A DNA stretch of 64,000 nucleotides from Candidatus Freyarchaeum deiterrae (lineage in GTDB: Archaea; Asgardarchaeota; Jordiarchaeia; Jordiarchaeales; Jordiarchaeaceae). This document shows positions 29,584 to 39,293 of this stretch, piece by piece. The stretch is from NCBI GenBank assembly GCA_037305845.1, contig CP147778.1, positions 1,408,001-1,472,000 of the forward strand. Reading direction: 5' to 3'. The notes beneath the pieces were generated by a model. It ran no database searches. It was not told the origin of the DNA and saw only the letters and a list, made by a program, of their open reading frames with translations. A program made the translations under genes and the position numbers. How positions within the stretch are numbered: position 1 is the stretch's first letter; every line of letters starts with the position of its first letter.

Positions 29584-29654
29584 CCCGTCTCAGCGTAACT
29601 ATAATCAATCATCCCTAAAGGTCATTCTTGCCGGTTTGCTTCATCGATTTCGGG
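29584..29654 (-). ncRNA. Box C/D guide sRNA, predicted 23S rRNA targets A1913 and G1945 (E. coli numbering)
   Basis: CCCG/CGGG terminal stem, C box TCGATGA, D' ATGA, C' GGGATGA, D CTGA; guides antisense to GTAACTATAA and CTTGCCGGTT. Confidence 0.85.
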
Positions 29655-29878
29655 TATTCTCAAAATTACTGTTTTTTCTATAATAGAGTATCTTAAAGCT
29701 GATTAAATCTTTTCTGACTAGGATTCAATTTGGTAAACAGTTTTTTATGAAAAATATTTAACGGGGTTCAGTCTTTAAAGTTAGATATAACTTCTGATTT
29801 CTCTATTTTTTTGTAAAACTTTAAATGTTTTAATGTTCTTATTCTTAACTTAGCAGAAGTTTTTTAGGAGATATTGGG

Positions 29879-31285
29879 ATGCAAAAGGAAAATCGTTCTG
29901 GAGCAAATAACACAGAATCTGCTAGTTTCTTCTCTATTGACCTGCTACGTAGAGGTCTTAGTAGTTTAGAGTCTAATGTGGAAGATGTTAGACTCGGATT
30001 GGACGCCTCCATTTCGGGTAGTTTGGAAAATTTGAAAGAGAATGTTCTCAATATGGGAGACGAAGTGAGTCAACGTGTTGTTTCCAAGATTCATATTCAA
30101 TTTGCTTCAGAACTAATTAAGAACACCTTTGTTGACACCGTATCGGAAGTCGTTGAAGAGATAAGAGATCAAGCGATACGTAACCTCTCTGATGCCACCG
30201 AAAAAGAAACGCTACTTTTTAGAGAAGGTATAAACAAGTTCGCTAATGATTTTCTCGGTGTCCTTCAGAAAGAGCAGGAAAGAGTAAAGTTGACAATGAG
30301 TCAGTTTGATCAACAACTTGTAGAAAAAGAGAATACATTAAAAGAGAGAGCTCGAATTCTTTCAGAGAGTGAAAAAGCACTCGAAACAACCAACACTCAA
30401 CTAGCAGCGAGAAGCAAAGAACTAAAAGATAAAGAAAAAGAATTGAACGCAAGAAGAGACGAACTAGAAAGAGCAAGAACCGAACTAGAAAGAGCAAGAA
30501 CGGAATTAGAGTCGACAAACAGAGAGCTATCAACCCTCCAAAGGACACTCGAAAGGGAAAGAACGAGGTCGGGTGAATTAGAGGGAAAATTGGAGGGGGC
30601 CCGACATGAGTTATCCAAGTTTGATGGTCAGATAAGAAATCTAGAGGGCATGGTTAAAGAAAGAGACGCCTTTATAGCGGAAGGCGTAAACATGATTAAA
30701 ATCAAAGAGAGAGAAGTTGATAGGCTAAAAACGCTAATTGAGGATAGGCGTAAAGACGTAGAATACAAGGAGCAAAGACTAAGAGAAGGACGGAAATTAA
30801 TCGAACAATTAGAAGAAGAAGCAAATGGAATACGAGCGGAGATCGAGGAACTGAAAAAGGATGAGGAAGCCAACGCTGACATCATCAGAGAAAAAGAAAG
30901 TAGTTTACATCTTAAGGAAGCGGAAATAGACTCTTTAAAGTCTGAGATACAGATAATCGAAAAACAAGTATTTGTAGGTAAGGACGAACTAGAAGCGCAA
31001 GTCAAAGAGTATGAGTCAAAGACCAAAGAATTAGAAAAAATGAAAGAAGAGCTAGAAAGAGAAAAGAAGGCTCGCGAAGAACAATTAGAGAAATACCGAG
31101 GAGCCATGACACTTGATCCCAGATTTAAAATATACTTCATAGTTGAGAGCATCAAGAAAATATCTATTGAAAACTTAATCAAATCCACAGGAATAGTTCC
31201 AGCACAAGTACGACTTAACCTTGCCTGGCTTGAAAGAGCGGGAATGGTAAAAGTAGAAGGAAATATGGTACTCGTCGCAAAATAA
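29879..31285 (+). CDS. Long coiled-coil protein with C-terminal winged-helix-like domain
   Basis: About 270 aa of E/K/R/L heptads, including the tandem ELERART repeat (30461-30501); C-terminal DPRFKIY..HTH..LERAGMVKVEG. Confidence 0.8.
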   Translation: MQKENRSGANNTESASFFSIDLLRRGLSSLESNVEDVRLGLDASISGSLENLKENVLNMGDEVSQRVVSKIHIQFASELIKNTFVDTVSEVVEEIRDQAIRNLSDATEKETLLFREGINKFANDFLGVLQKEQERVKLTMSQFDQQLVEKENTLKERARILSESEKALETTNTQLAARSKELKDKEKELNARRDELERARTELERARTELESTNRELSTLQRTLERERTRSGELEGKLEGARHELSKFDGQIRNLEGMVKERDAFIAEGVNMIKIKEREVDRLKTLIEDRRKDVEYKEQRLREGRKLIEQLEEEANGIRAEIEELKKDEEANADIIREKESSLHLKEAEIDSLKSEIQIIEKQVFVGKDELEAQVKEYESKTKELEKMKEELEREKKAREEQLEKYRGAMTLDPRFKIYFIVESIKKISIENLIKSTGIVPAQVRLNLAWLERAGMVKVEGNMVLVAK

Positions 31286-31342
31286 TATCTTTTAAACACA
31301 AGAACTCAAGTAGTTAGAATTTACTAAATTTGGTGGCAGTCT

Positions 31343-31504
31343 TTAGCAATCACAATTTAGACATAAGTGTTTACCGCAAAATTCACAGACTGTGCTATGT
31401 GTAATGCATACGGGGCGCCCGCAATCTTCGCAGTAATGTTCTGTTTTTTCATGGCAGATATAGCACAGGTCTTTTTCAGCTACTGTTTCATAGACTGCTA
31501 CCAT
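31343..31504 (-). CDS. 53-aa Cys-rich zinc-finger microprotein (not in ORF track)
   Basis: MVAVYETVAEKDLCYICHEKTEHYCEDCGRPVCITHSTVCEFCGKHLCLNCDC; GGTGA SD upstream. Confidence 0.8.
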   Translation of the reverse strand: MVAVYETVAEKDLCYICHEKTEHYCEDCGRPVCITHSTVCEFCGKHLCLNCDC

Positions 31505-31748
31505 TCTTACTTTCACCTTTAATTAAGTAGGTTCTAAAAAGATATTTTAAAATAGTGTACCAAAAGGAACACGAATCTTCCGGAATGATTCAAGTATAAC
31601 ATTAGCAACCGTAATCTTTTTGGGGAAGAGTAAAAGATATCAATTAATAGGGAAAGCCGAGAAAAAGAGAGTAACTTTTTCCAAGTTTCCTTTAAAGAAA
31701 ATTACTTAAGCGTTGAATTAGTTAATTAACTTATATGTTTCGTAAAGG

Positions 31749-32054
31749 GTGAGTTTTATGCCTATTGATATGTCTCAGGTTAAGAAGATCCTTGGAACGC
31801 ACATAATTGATAATTACGGTCTTGTTTTCAGATTACGCAAATTGGATCTGGATGGAGGTTATTGGAAAGCGATATTTGGGTATCAACACATGGCTCTTGG
31901 AAAATATATTGGAGATGTGGGAGAAATAAGGGTAGATGCCAAAACCGGGAAAGTTATAGCGGCCCCGAGCAAAGAAGAAGTTAGAAGCAAGGTTCTTGAT
32001 TATCAGAAAAAAGTAGAAAGGGCTTTAAATCTAATTAGAGAGGGGAAAGTGTAA
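31749..32054 (+). CDS. Hypothetical protein, PepSY-like motif
   Basis: YW...GEIRVDAKTGKVI motif. Confidence 0.65.
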   Translation: MSFMPIDMSQVKKILGTHIIDNYGLVFRLRKLDLDGGYWKAIFGYQHMALGKYIGDVGEIRVDAKTGKVIAAPSKEEVRSKVLDYQKKVERALNLIREGKV

Positions 32055-32127
32055 AAAGTCCTATTTTAAAGAAAGAGTTCATAGTTTCAAACGATTCCTT
32101 ACTCGCTTCTTTTTGAAGCTTTTTTGA

Positions 32128-33024
32128 TTAAGTTCTATTTTTTAAAATTTCGATTATCTGATAAAATAGATCATAAGCATTTGCATAATCAGTGTCCTGC
32201 ATTAGTTTTTCTCGTACCATTTCAAAGATTTTAGAGAATTCAGCCTTTTCATTTTTTTGGATGACTCTTTTTAATTCACTAAGTATGCCTTCCAACTTGT
32301 CCAAAAATTTTAGAAATTCGTTATTTTTCATTTGAATTTCCGAGTATAGTTCTGGAGCCTCCCCGAAAACACATTCGGTCAGGAGAAGCTGTAATGCGAA
32401 AGTGGTGCCAGAGAATTCCTTAATTTGGGGAAGTGTATCCGGTATTTCTAGTAGAGCTTTTCCAAATAAGATATTCAAAAAGTGAGGTAAACTAAGAACT
32501 GTACTAATCATTCGGTCGTGAGTTTGACCGTCGGTTAATACCACTTTAGCGCCCTCCTCGCTGAAAATAGCTCCCAATTTTTCCGCTGCGTCCTCCGAGC
32601 CCTTAATCGGTATAATTGCTACTGTGTGGTTCATTAAATTTTTGGCGCCAGGTCCAAACATTGGATGGATACTGACCGCTTTAAACCCATATTTGACCGT
32701 CTGTTCTTCTAAAGTTTTGATTATATCTCCCTTCACCGATGTAATATCGAAAACAGTTGCCTTTCGATCGACGTGCGGTGCTATTTCTCTTATAACACTT
32801 GCAGTACTGGGAATCGTTACCGAAACCATGACCAAATCTGCATTTTTCACTGCTTCCTCATTATTTTTTGCATGGTTTACCCCGAGTTTTTCAGCTGCAG
32901 CAATTAATTTTTCACGATTCCTAGCGCTCAAAACTACAGTATAACCTTTATTCTTGAAATATTGAGCGAACCATACGCCCATGCGTCCGGATCCTCCGAC
33001 TATGGCAATCTTTGGAGCTTTCAT
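32128..33024 (-). CDS. tyrA: Prephenate dehydrogenase
   Basis: GGSGRMG, DITSVK, HPMFGP, HDRMI...LSLPH. Confidence 0.93.
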   Translation of the reverse strand: MKAPKIAIVGGSGRMGVWFAQYFKNKGYTVVLSARNREKLIAAAEKLGVNHAKNNEEAVKNADLVMVSVTIPSTASVIREIAPHVDRKATVFDITSVKGDIIKTLEEQTVKYGFKAVSIHPMFGPGAKNLMNHTVAIIPIKGSEDAAEKLGAIFSEEGAKVVLTDGQTHDRMISTVLSLPHFLNILFGKALLEIPDTLPQIKEFSGTTFALQLLLTECVFGEAPELYSEIQMKNNEFLKFLDKLEGILSELKRVIQKNEKAEFSKIFEMVREKLMQDTDYANAYDLFYQIIEILKNRT

Positions 33025-33068
33025 TTTTATCCCTCTTCTAAATTAGCCACATTTCGTAATTCATGACT

Positions 33069-33341
33069 TCAATAATCGCTTTCTTTTTGTATTTTTATGG
33101 AATACTTAATTAACAAATTAGTCAACTCTTCACCGAGTTCAGGAAAAATCTTCAACTCTTCACAGGTCTTCCGCACATTGACAAGAAGACGCCTCTCAGC
33201 CTCATCGTCTTTTATGGGAAGACCCCTTAAAGTTTTTAATCTTCCTATAGCCTTTGCAAGTTCCAAACGTTTCTTTATTAGTTTAAGTATTTCGGTTGTA
33301 ATTTCACCAACCCTTAATCTTAGTGTTTCGAGTTCATCCAA
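33069..33341 (-). CDS. Chorismate mutase (AroQ type)
   Basis: LETLR..., KRL.LA..IGRLK...PIKD..E, SIKIQ; position between aroC and tyrA. Confidence 0.88.
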   Translation of the reverse strand: MDELETLRLRVGEITTEILKLIKKRLELAKAIGRLKTLRGLPIKDDEAERRLLVNVRKTCEELKIFPELGEELTNLLIKYSIKIQKESDY

Positions 33342-33549
33342 AGTTTTTACCTCAAAGAATTCATGATATTAAGAATATGAATTGACCTAAAAATCTGGTA
33401 AAGTTATTACTGTTTAAAACTTTCGGGTAAATTCTACAAGTTTAAAACTAAATTCCAATAAATTGAAGCGTCTTTAGTATAAAATAATGAATGGTAAATA
33501 GTCCGGACTCAATTTTTATTTTTAGAGAAGAGAGTAGTAATTGAACGTT

Positions 33550-34653
33550 TCAAGTTTTTCTCTCTAAAACTCTTGGAATCAGGTTAGCTGAAATTGCTTG
33601 GTCTACAATAACCAATGCAACCATTGATTCTACAATAGGAACCGCTCTTGGTACGATGCATGGATCATGTCGCCCCTCAATTTCTATTGAGGTTTCTTCC
33701 ATGTTTCTAAGGTCAACTGTTTGCTGGGGTTTCCCAATTGATGCAGTGGGCTTTATGGTAACTCTACAGATTATAGGCATGCCGTTGCTTATTCCTCCTA
33801 AAATTCCTCCCGCATAGTTTGAAAGGGTTACTACTTTTCCCTCCTGAACAGCGAAAGGATCGTTATGCTGGGAACCCGCCATTTTAGCTGCATCAACACC
33901 GCTCCCAAACTCAACACTTTTCACCGCGGGAATGGCGTAGAGAGCTTTACTCAAATCGCCTTCAAGAGTATTGAAAACTGGATCTCCTAGTCCTGCGGGT
34001 ATGTTTAACGCTATGCACTCAATGGTTCCTCCTACACTGTCTTTTTCTCCTTGCACCTGTTTTATACGTTTCATCATTTGCTTAGCGGCTTCTGAATCAG
34101 CGCACCTCACCGGATTATTCTCTGCTTTTTTTATTTCTTCCAAGTCTGTTTTAGCCGCTTTAATTCCCCCAATCTCCGTGGTGTGTGCCAGAATTTCAAT
34201 GTTAAGATTTTCTCCGAGTATTTTTTTGGCTATAGCGCCTCCCATGACATAGGAGATAGTGATTCTTCCAGAGAATCTTCCTCCTCCCCGATAGTCGTTG
34301 AAACCACCATACCTGATTCTTGAAGTATAGTCAGCATGTCCGGGTCTCGGTTCGTACTTGACTTGTTCATATTTACTAGAATCTATATCTTCGTTCCATA
34401 CAATCATACAAATCGGTGCGCCTGTAGTATAGCCCTCAAACACGCCAGAAAGTATCTCAACCTTGTCAACCTCAGCCCGAGTAGTGGTTAACTCACTTTG
34501 TCCCGGTCTTCTTCTATCAAGCTCTCTTTGTAGATCTTTCTCCGAGAGCATCAGTCCTGCAGGGCATCCGTCAACAACGGCGCCAACACATTTACCGTGA
34601 CTTTCACCAAATGACACTAAAACAAATCTATTTCCAAAAATATTAGCCGTCAT
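33550..34653 (-). CDS. aroC: Chorismate synthase
   Basis: FGESHG, RRRPGQS, RPGHAD, GGGRFSGR, GRHDPCIVPRA. Confidence 0.97.
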   Translation of the reverse strand: MTANIFGNRFVLVSFGESHGKCVGAVVDGCPAGLMLSEKDLQRELDRRRPGQSELTTTRAEVDKVEILSGVFEGYTTGAPICMIVWNEDIDSSKYEQVKYEPRPGHADYTSRIRYGGFNDYRGGGRFSGRITISYVMGGAIAKKILGENLNIEILAHTTEIGGIKAAKTDLEEIKKAENNPVRCADSEAAKQMMKRIKQVQGEKDSVGGTIECIALNIPAGLGDPVFNTLEGDLSKALYAIPAVKSVEFGSGVDAAKMAGSQHNDPFAVQEGKVVTLSNYAGGILGGISNGMPIICRVTIKPTASIGKPQQTVDLRNMEETSIEIEGRHDPCIVPRAVPIVESMVALVIVDQAISANLIPRVLERKT

Positions 34654-35950
34654 TTTTTTTCACCAATCTAAAATCCGCGCCCAGAGAAATCATGTCCTCA
34701 ATGAAAGAGGGATAAGAGACATCAACGGACTCAACTCCCGAGATAACCGTTTCCCCCTCCGCCGCCAGAGCAGCTACGGAGAGAGCCATAAGTACCCGGT
34801 GATCATTATAACTCTCAACATGGGCCCCTTTAATTTTCCCTCCATAGACGATTAGGGCATCCGGTTTTTCTTCTACCCGAACCCCCATTTTAGATAACTC
34901 CTTAGCCATGGTAGATATTCGGTCACTCTCCTTAAAACGAACATGCTGTGCATTGAATATTTCAGTCTTACCTTCTGCTACAGAGCCTAACACTGCGAGA
35001 ACAGGGAGTAAATCGGGATTATCGCCACAATCAAATGAAATACCATTTAATTTCTTGTCACCTTTTACTCTAACATATTTTTCCCCTACTTCAATTTCTG
35101 CTCCCATCTCCTGGAGTAAATCAACGATTTTCTTGTCGCCCTGTGCTGTATCCATATCTAAGTTCTGAATCTTTACATCAGAATCAGTTATAGCAGCAGC
35201 TGAAAGAACAAGTGATGCCGAAGAAAAATCTCCAGGAATTCTGACACTAGCTGGTAAATAAGTTTGTTGTGGAGGAATAATTAATCCCAAGTTGGGCAGA
35301 TATTCTATTTTTCCCCTAAAATAATTAAGAAACTCCAAAGTCATGTCAAGGTAAGGTTTTGACTTTAGCTCAGAAGTGAAGCTTATTCTTGTTTCATTTT
35401 CAGCCAAAGGGCAAGCGATGAGCAGAGCAGAAATAAATTGAGAGCTAATATGTCCCGGTATCTTGGTTTCTCCTCCTTTAATCCCACCGCCCTCAACTAT
35501 AATCGGAGGCTTACCATCTCCTCTTGTGGAGAAGCATTTCGCTCCCAACTCACCCAAGGAAGTAATAAGCGGTCCCATTGGTCTTTGTCTTATTGAAGAG
35601 TCTCCAGTGAGTACCGTGAATCCTGGTGCTAGGGCAGAAACAGCAGTCATAATTCTAATAGTAGTCCCCGAATTATCAACATTTATAACATCTTCAGGGG
35701 TTTTAAGAGAGGAAGAACCCGAAACATACCAAATTCCCTCGCCTCTACTTTCAATCGCGGAGCCCAAGGCTTCACAAGCCCTAATTGTTGAAAGAGTATC
35801 TCTACTGATCAAGGGATTAAGAATTTCAGACTTCCCCTCAGCAAGTGAGGCAATGACAAAAACTCTGTGGGTGTAACTTTTGGAAGGGGGTGCAGAAATT
35901 GCACCTTCTAGACTCCCTTTACCAATAACCTTCAAAGACATTAGCATCAC
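34643..35950 (-). CDS. aroA: EPSP synthase
   Basis: PPSKSYTHR, NSGTT.R, SSQFIS, KESDRI, DHR. Confidence 0.97.
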   Translation of the reverse strand: MMLMSLKVIGKGSLEGAISAPPSKSYTHRVFVIASLAEGKSEILNPLISRDTLSTIRACEALGSAIESRGEGIWYVSGSSSLKTPEDVINVDNSGTTIRIMTAVSALAPGFTVLTGDSSIRQRPMGPLITSLGELGAKCFSTRGDGKPPIIVEGGGIKGGETKIPGHISSQFISALLIACPLAENETRISFTSELKSKPYLDMTLEFLNYFRGKIEYLPNLGLIIPPQQTYLPASVRIPGDFSSASLVLSAAAITDSDVKIQNLDMDTAQGDKKIVDLLQEMGAEIEVGEKYVRVKGDKKLNGISFDCGDNPDLLPVLAVLGSVAEGKTEIFNAQHVRFKESDRISTMAKELSKMGVRVEEKPDALIVYGGKIKGAHVESYNDHRVLMALSVAALAAEGETVISGVESVDVSYPSFIEDMISLGADFRLVKKNDG

Positions 35951-35953
35951 TCT

Positions 35954-36817
35954 CTAGATTACTTTGGCCTTTTCGTTATTAAATTCGGTGCGAATAATTT
36001 CTCCTCCTAATGCACTCCAAGAAGCTTCGATATCACCACAGATATCCCTTGGACATAGAGCAATCGTTGCCGGACCCTTACCTGTTAATCCAGCCGAAAC
36101 CGCTCCCATTTCAAGAGCCCTAACTGTAGCTTCAGTATCAAACCCCAGGGCTGCGGAGTAAATCAGACCGTTAAGGGTAATTGCGGTCTTATAGTTCCCG
36201 TTTTGCGCTATGTCAAAAACATGTTCTACATAATTTTTCATGGCTTTTATTCTTTTAACGTTACTCTCTATTGTGAGGTATTTCTTTACGGGTACATGAA
36301 TAATTACCGCAAGGTCTTCTTCAATCTGTTGTCTTCTAAGTAATATTCTTTTCGAATTATTGGTGAGCACAAATCCTCCAAAATATGATGCACAAGCATC
36401 ATCAAAAGCTCCAGTAATGGTCACTCTCGCTTCTAACGCTGCATCAACACCTAAGCCAATGATGTTTAAATCATCTAAATCTTCTTTCAGAGCTGCAACA
36501 GTAGCTAAAGCTACCGCGTTCGCCGCAACACTGCTGCTCTTAAGCCCCCTGGAAATTGGAATAATGGAATCAGTTATTATCCTTGCACCGTATTCTTGGC
36601 CTAGTCCAAAGTGATTCAGAACATGTCTCACAGTGGCGCGGATTAGTTCAGTATTCTCAGATGGATCATTTAGAATCTTTCCCTCAAAAAATCCTGATTC
36701 ATCCAAAAGATTTACTTCAGCTTTTGTCCAAAGAGCAAGCCCAAAAGCAGCGCCCAAACCGGTTGCAATTGCGTTCACAACTGTTCCAGCGCCGAAAGCC
36801 AAAGCCTTACCTTTCAA
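35954..36817 (-). CDS. aroK: Archaeal (GHMP) shikimate kinase
   Basis: VVNAIATG.GAA, GLKSSS, TITGAFDDA, LTGKGP. Confidence 0.95.
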   Translation of the reverse strand: MKGKALAFGAGTVVNAIATGLGAAFGLALWTKAEVNLLDESGFFEGKILNDPSENTELIRATVRHVLNHFGLGQEYGARIITDSIIPISRGLKSSSVAANAVALATVAALKEDLDDLNIIGLGVDAALEARVTITGAFDDACASYFGGFVLTNNSKRILLRRQQIEEDLAVIIHVPVKKYLTIESNVKRIKAMKNYVEHVFDIAQNGNYKTAITLNGLIYSAALGFDTEATVRALEMGAVSAGLTGKGPATIALCPRDICGDIEASWSALGGEIIRTEFNNEKAKVI

Positions 36818-36820
36818 CTC

Positions 36821-37675
36821 TTAATCCCTTCCAACCAAGCCTTCAACAACCGCTTTTCTCATAATATCTTTAGGAGCCTCGCATCCAGTCCACATTTTAA
36901 AACTAATTGCGCCTTGATTAACTAGCATACCAACGCCATTAATGGCTTTTGCACCAACACTCCGAGCGTACTTTAGAAGCGAGGTTTCTAAAGGATTGTA
37001 AACAATATCGAAAACTACCAAATTTTTGTGTAAAAACTCTTTGGGAACAGGTGACTCAGTAACATTTGGGTGCATTCCTACCGAAGTCGTGTTAATAAGT
37101 ATATCAGAATCATTCAAAGAGTTCTCCAATGATTTGAGTGCTAAGCTTTTTCCCTCAACTTTGGAGCCCACATTTGTTAATTCTCTAGCCAAATTCACAG
37201 CCCTAATCCTTGTACGATTCAAGATGATCAATTTTGAGCAAATGCTGGCGAGTTGGAAAGTGATTGCTCGAGATGCACCACCAGCTCCTATAACTACTAT
37301 TTTCTTATCTTCCGGGTTTACTCCCTCTTCTCTCAAAGTTTCCAGAGCCCCTAATCCATCGGTATTGTAACCTAATAGTTTCCCCTCCTCATTAACCACG
37401 GTATTAACCGCCCCTATTTTTCTAGTGGTAAGATCAACATCGTCTAGAAATTTAATTATTGAAACCTTATGTGGAATGGTTACATTAAAACCTTTTAAAT
37501 TGAAGGCTCTAGCTCCCTTAACAGCGTTTTTTAAATCTTTTTCCGAGACCCTGAAGGGGAGATAGAGGTAATCAAGATCCAAGTACTCAAATGCAGCGTT
37601 GTGCATTCTTGGGGATAACGAATGTTCAATAGGATCACCAATCACACCCACAACTTTGGTAGCTCCGCTGACCAC
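36821..37675 (-). CDS. aroE: Shikimate dehydrogenase
   Basis: HSLSP.MHN, NVTIPHK, GAVNT, NTDG, GAGGA. Confidence 0.96.
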   Translation of the reverse strand: MVSGATKVVGVIGDPIEHSLSPRMHNAAFEYLDLDYLYLPFRVSEKDLKNAVKGARAFNLKGFNVTIPHKVSIIKFLDDVDLTTRKIGAVNTVVNEEGKLLGYNTDGLGALETLREEGVNPEDKKIVVIGAGGASRAITFQLASICSKLIILNRTRIRAVNLARELTNVGSKVEGKSLALKSLENSLNDSDILINTTSVGMHPNVTESPVPKEFLHKNLVVFDIVYNPLETSLLKYARSVGAKAINGVGMLVNQGAISFKMWTGCEAPKDIMRKAVVEGLVGRD

Positions 37676-37720
37676 TCACGAACCTCCGAATTGTCTCTAA
37701 ACTTCTAAAAACGTAGTTAG

Positions 37721-38422
37721 TTAAACCTTTTTTTCTATGAGAGAAAAGAGAAGCGTGTGTATTTTTCTCATAACTTCTAAATCAATTTGGCCCGGTGCAG
37801 TAATTGTCTCTAACGCAGCGTAGGTTAAATAAGAGCCGAAAAATGGGCATAAAACCCTAGAGATTATGCCCCTTTCTCCCATGCAAAAGGAGATGATCTT
37901 AATCCTCAAATCATGGGCCTGTTGAGGAAGTGAAAGTAAAACTAAATTATCGTTTATATCATTGGCGAAAGTAATAAGTTTTACCAATTCTGCTCCTTTT
38001 TGGTGCGCTTCGCGGATTTTCTGTACGAGTATTTCACTTCGGGGGGTATTTTTAAATGAGTGAAAAGAAAGAATAACTTCTACTGAATTCTGCTTCGCGA
38101 GTTTTAGTAATCGTTTTAGATTAGAACTGCTCATATTTAACTCCAAGTCTACAAATCTCGGTTTGGCTTCGATGCATTTTTCTAATAGCTCAATTCTTTT
38201 TTTCTCTTCGAGTTCAAAGAAACCCCCTTCATCTTTTTTCCTTGCCGTTAATATCAGGGGAATTGATGTTTTAGAAACAATATCTGAAAAATCAATATTC
38301 ATGTCTTCAAGATAGTCTACTCTGATTTCAATAAAATCTGGGCTGCTTTTCATCGCTGATTTGACTTTTTCAAGTAACATTTCCGGATTTTTAACGGCTA
38401 CAGGAACACATATCAAAGCCAC
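37721..38422 (-). CDS. aroD: 3-dehydroquinate dehydratase type I
   Basis: EIRVD, T.R...EGG, SFH.F..TP, MG..G..SR, APGQ. Confidence 0.95.
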   Translation of the reverse strand: MALICVPVAVKNPEMLLEKVKSAMKSSPDFIEIRVDYLEDMNIDFSDIVSKTSIPLILTARKKDEGGFFELEEKKRIELLEKCIEAKPRFVDLELNMSSSNLKRLLKLAKQNSVEVILSFHSFKNTPRSEILVQKIREAHQKGAELVKLITFANDINDNLVLLSLPQQAHDLRIKIISFCMGERGIISRVLCPFFGSYLTYAALETITAPGQIDLEVMRKIHTLLFSLIEKKV

Positions 38423-38616
38423 TTAAGTTGCACCAACTCTGCTTACGGTCTCTGAACTAAGAGAGGCATTTATATTATTCAATCTATCCACCCAGTCTAA
38501 AAAACTTGAAAATACAATATTTGGAATGCCTTTCAGAGGCTCTTTCCCCAAAATCAGGCATTGGGTTTGTTTTCAAAAATAGTTTTTATTCTAAAGTTTA
38601 GACCTAAATGCGGTAT

Positions 38617-38796
38617 TTAAGCGTATACATGTTCTCGCTTTACAGCCGGATTGAATTCTGAATATTCTTCCTTCTGTAAAAGGTCTCGAATAGCGAATCT
38701 TATTGCTTCACGTAGGTTTGCGTAAAACCCTTTTTCCACTAATAAATTCAAGTCATCTACGTATTCTTTGGGAAGTTTAACAGAAACCGGTTTCAT
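38617..38796 (-). CDS. 59-aa ribbon-helix-helix (CopG/CdrS-like) regulator (not in ORF track)
   Basis: MKPVSVKLPKEYVDDLNLLVEKGFYANLREAIRFAIRDLL... Confidence 0.82.
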   Translation of the reverse strand: MKPVSVKLPKEYVDDLNLLVEKGFYANLREAIRFAIRDLLQKEEYSEFNPAVKREHVYA

Positions 38797-39014
38797 ATGT
38801 AATTATAAATCAAAACTAATATAAAAAACGTTTTATCTAAAAATTTTGATGAAATACTTCAAAAAAATAGAATCTGGCAGTATTAAAAGAGGAAAACAGC
38901 GGACATGTAAAAAAAGGAAAAAAATTTAGAGATAAAGCTACTTTACAAGATTAAAAAATTTTTATTAATGATTATGGCCATTAAACAAAGCTTAGTCATC
39001 TATCGGTGATAGGT

Positions 39015-39293
39015 ATGAAAGTTAGAGCCCATGTATTTGTCAGCGGAAGAGTGCAAGGTGTTTACTTCAGACAGCATACTAAAGATGAGGCGGATAGAGT
39101 AGGAGTAAATGGATGGGTCAGAAACCTTAGCGATGGAAGGGTAGAAGCTTTAATTGAGGGAGAGAAAGAGAAAGTTGAAGAAATGGTTCAGATCTGTAGA
39201 AGAGGACCGCCGTCTGCACAAGTTACTGATATAAACGTTGCCTTCGAAAACTACACTGGCGAATTCAAAAATTTCAGTATAAGGTACCGATAA
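39015..39293 (+). CDS. acyP: Acylphosphatase
   Basis: SGRVQGVYFR, GWVRNLSDGRVE, GPP.A.V. Confidence 0.95.
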   Translation: MKVRAHVFVSGRVQGVYFRQHTKDEADRVGVNGWVRNLSDGRVEALIEGEKEKVEEMVQICRRGPPSAQVTDINVAFENYTGEFKNFSIRYR

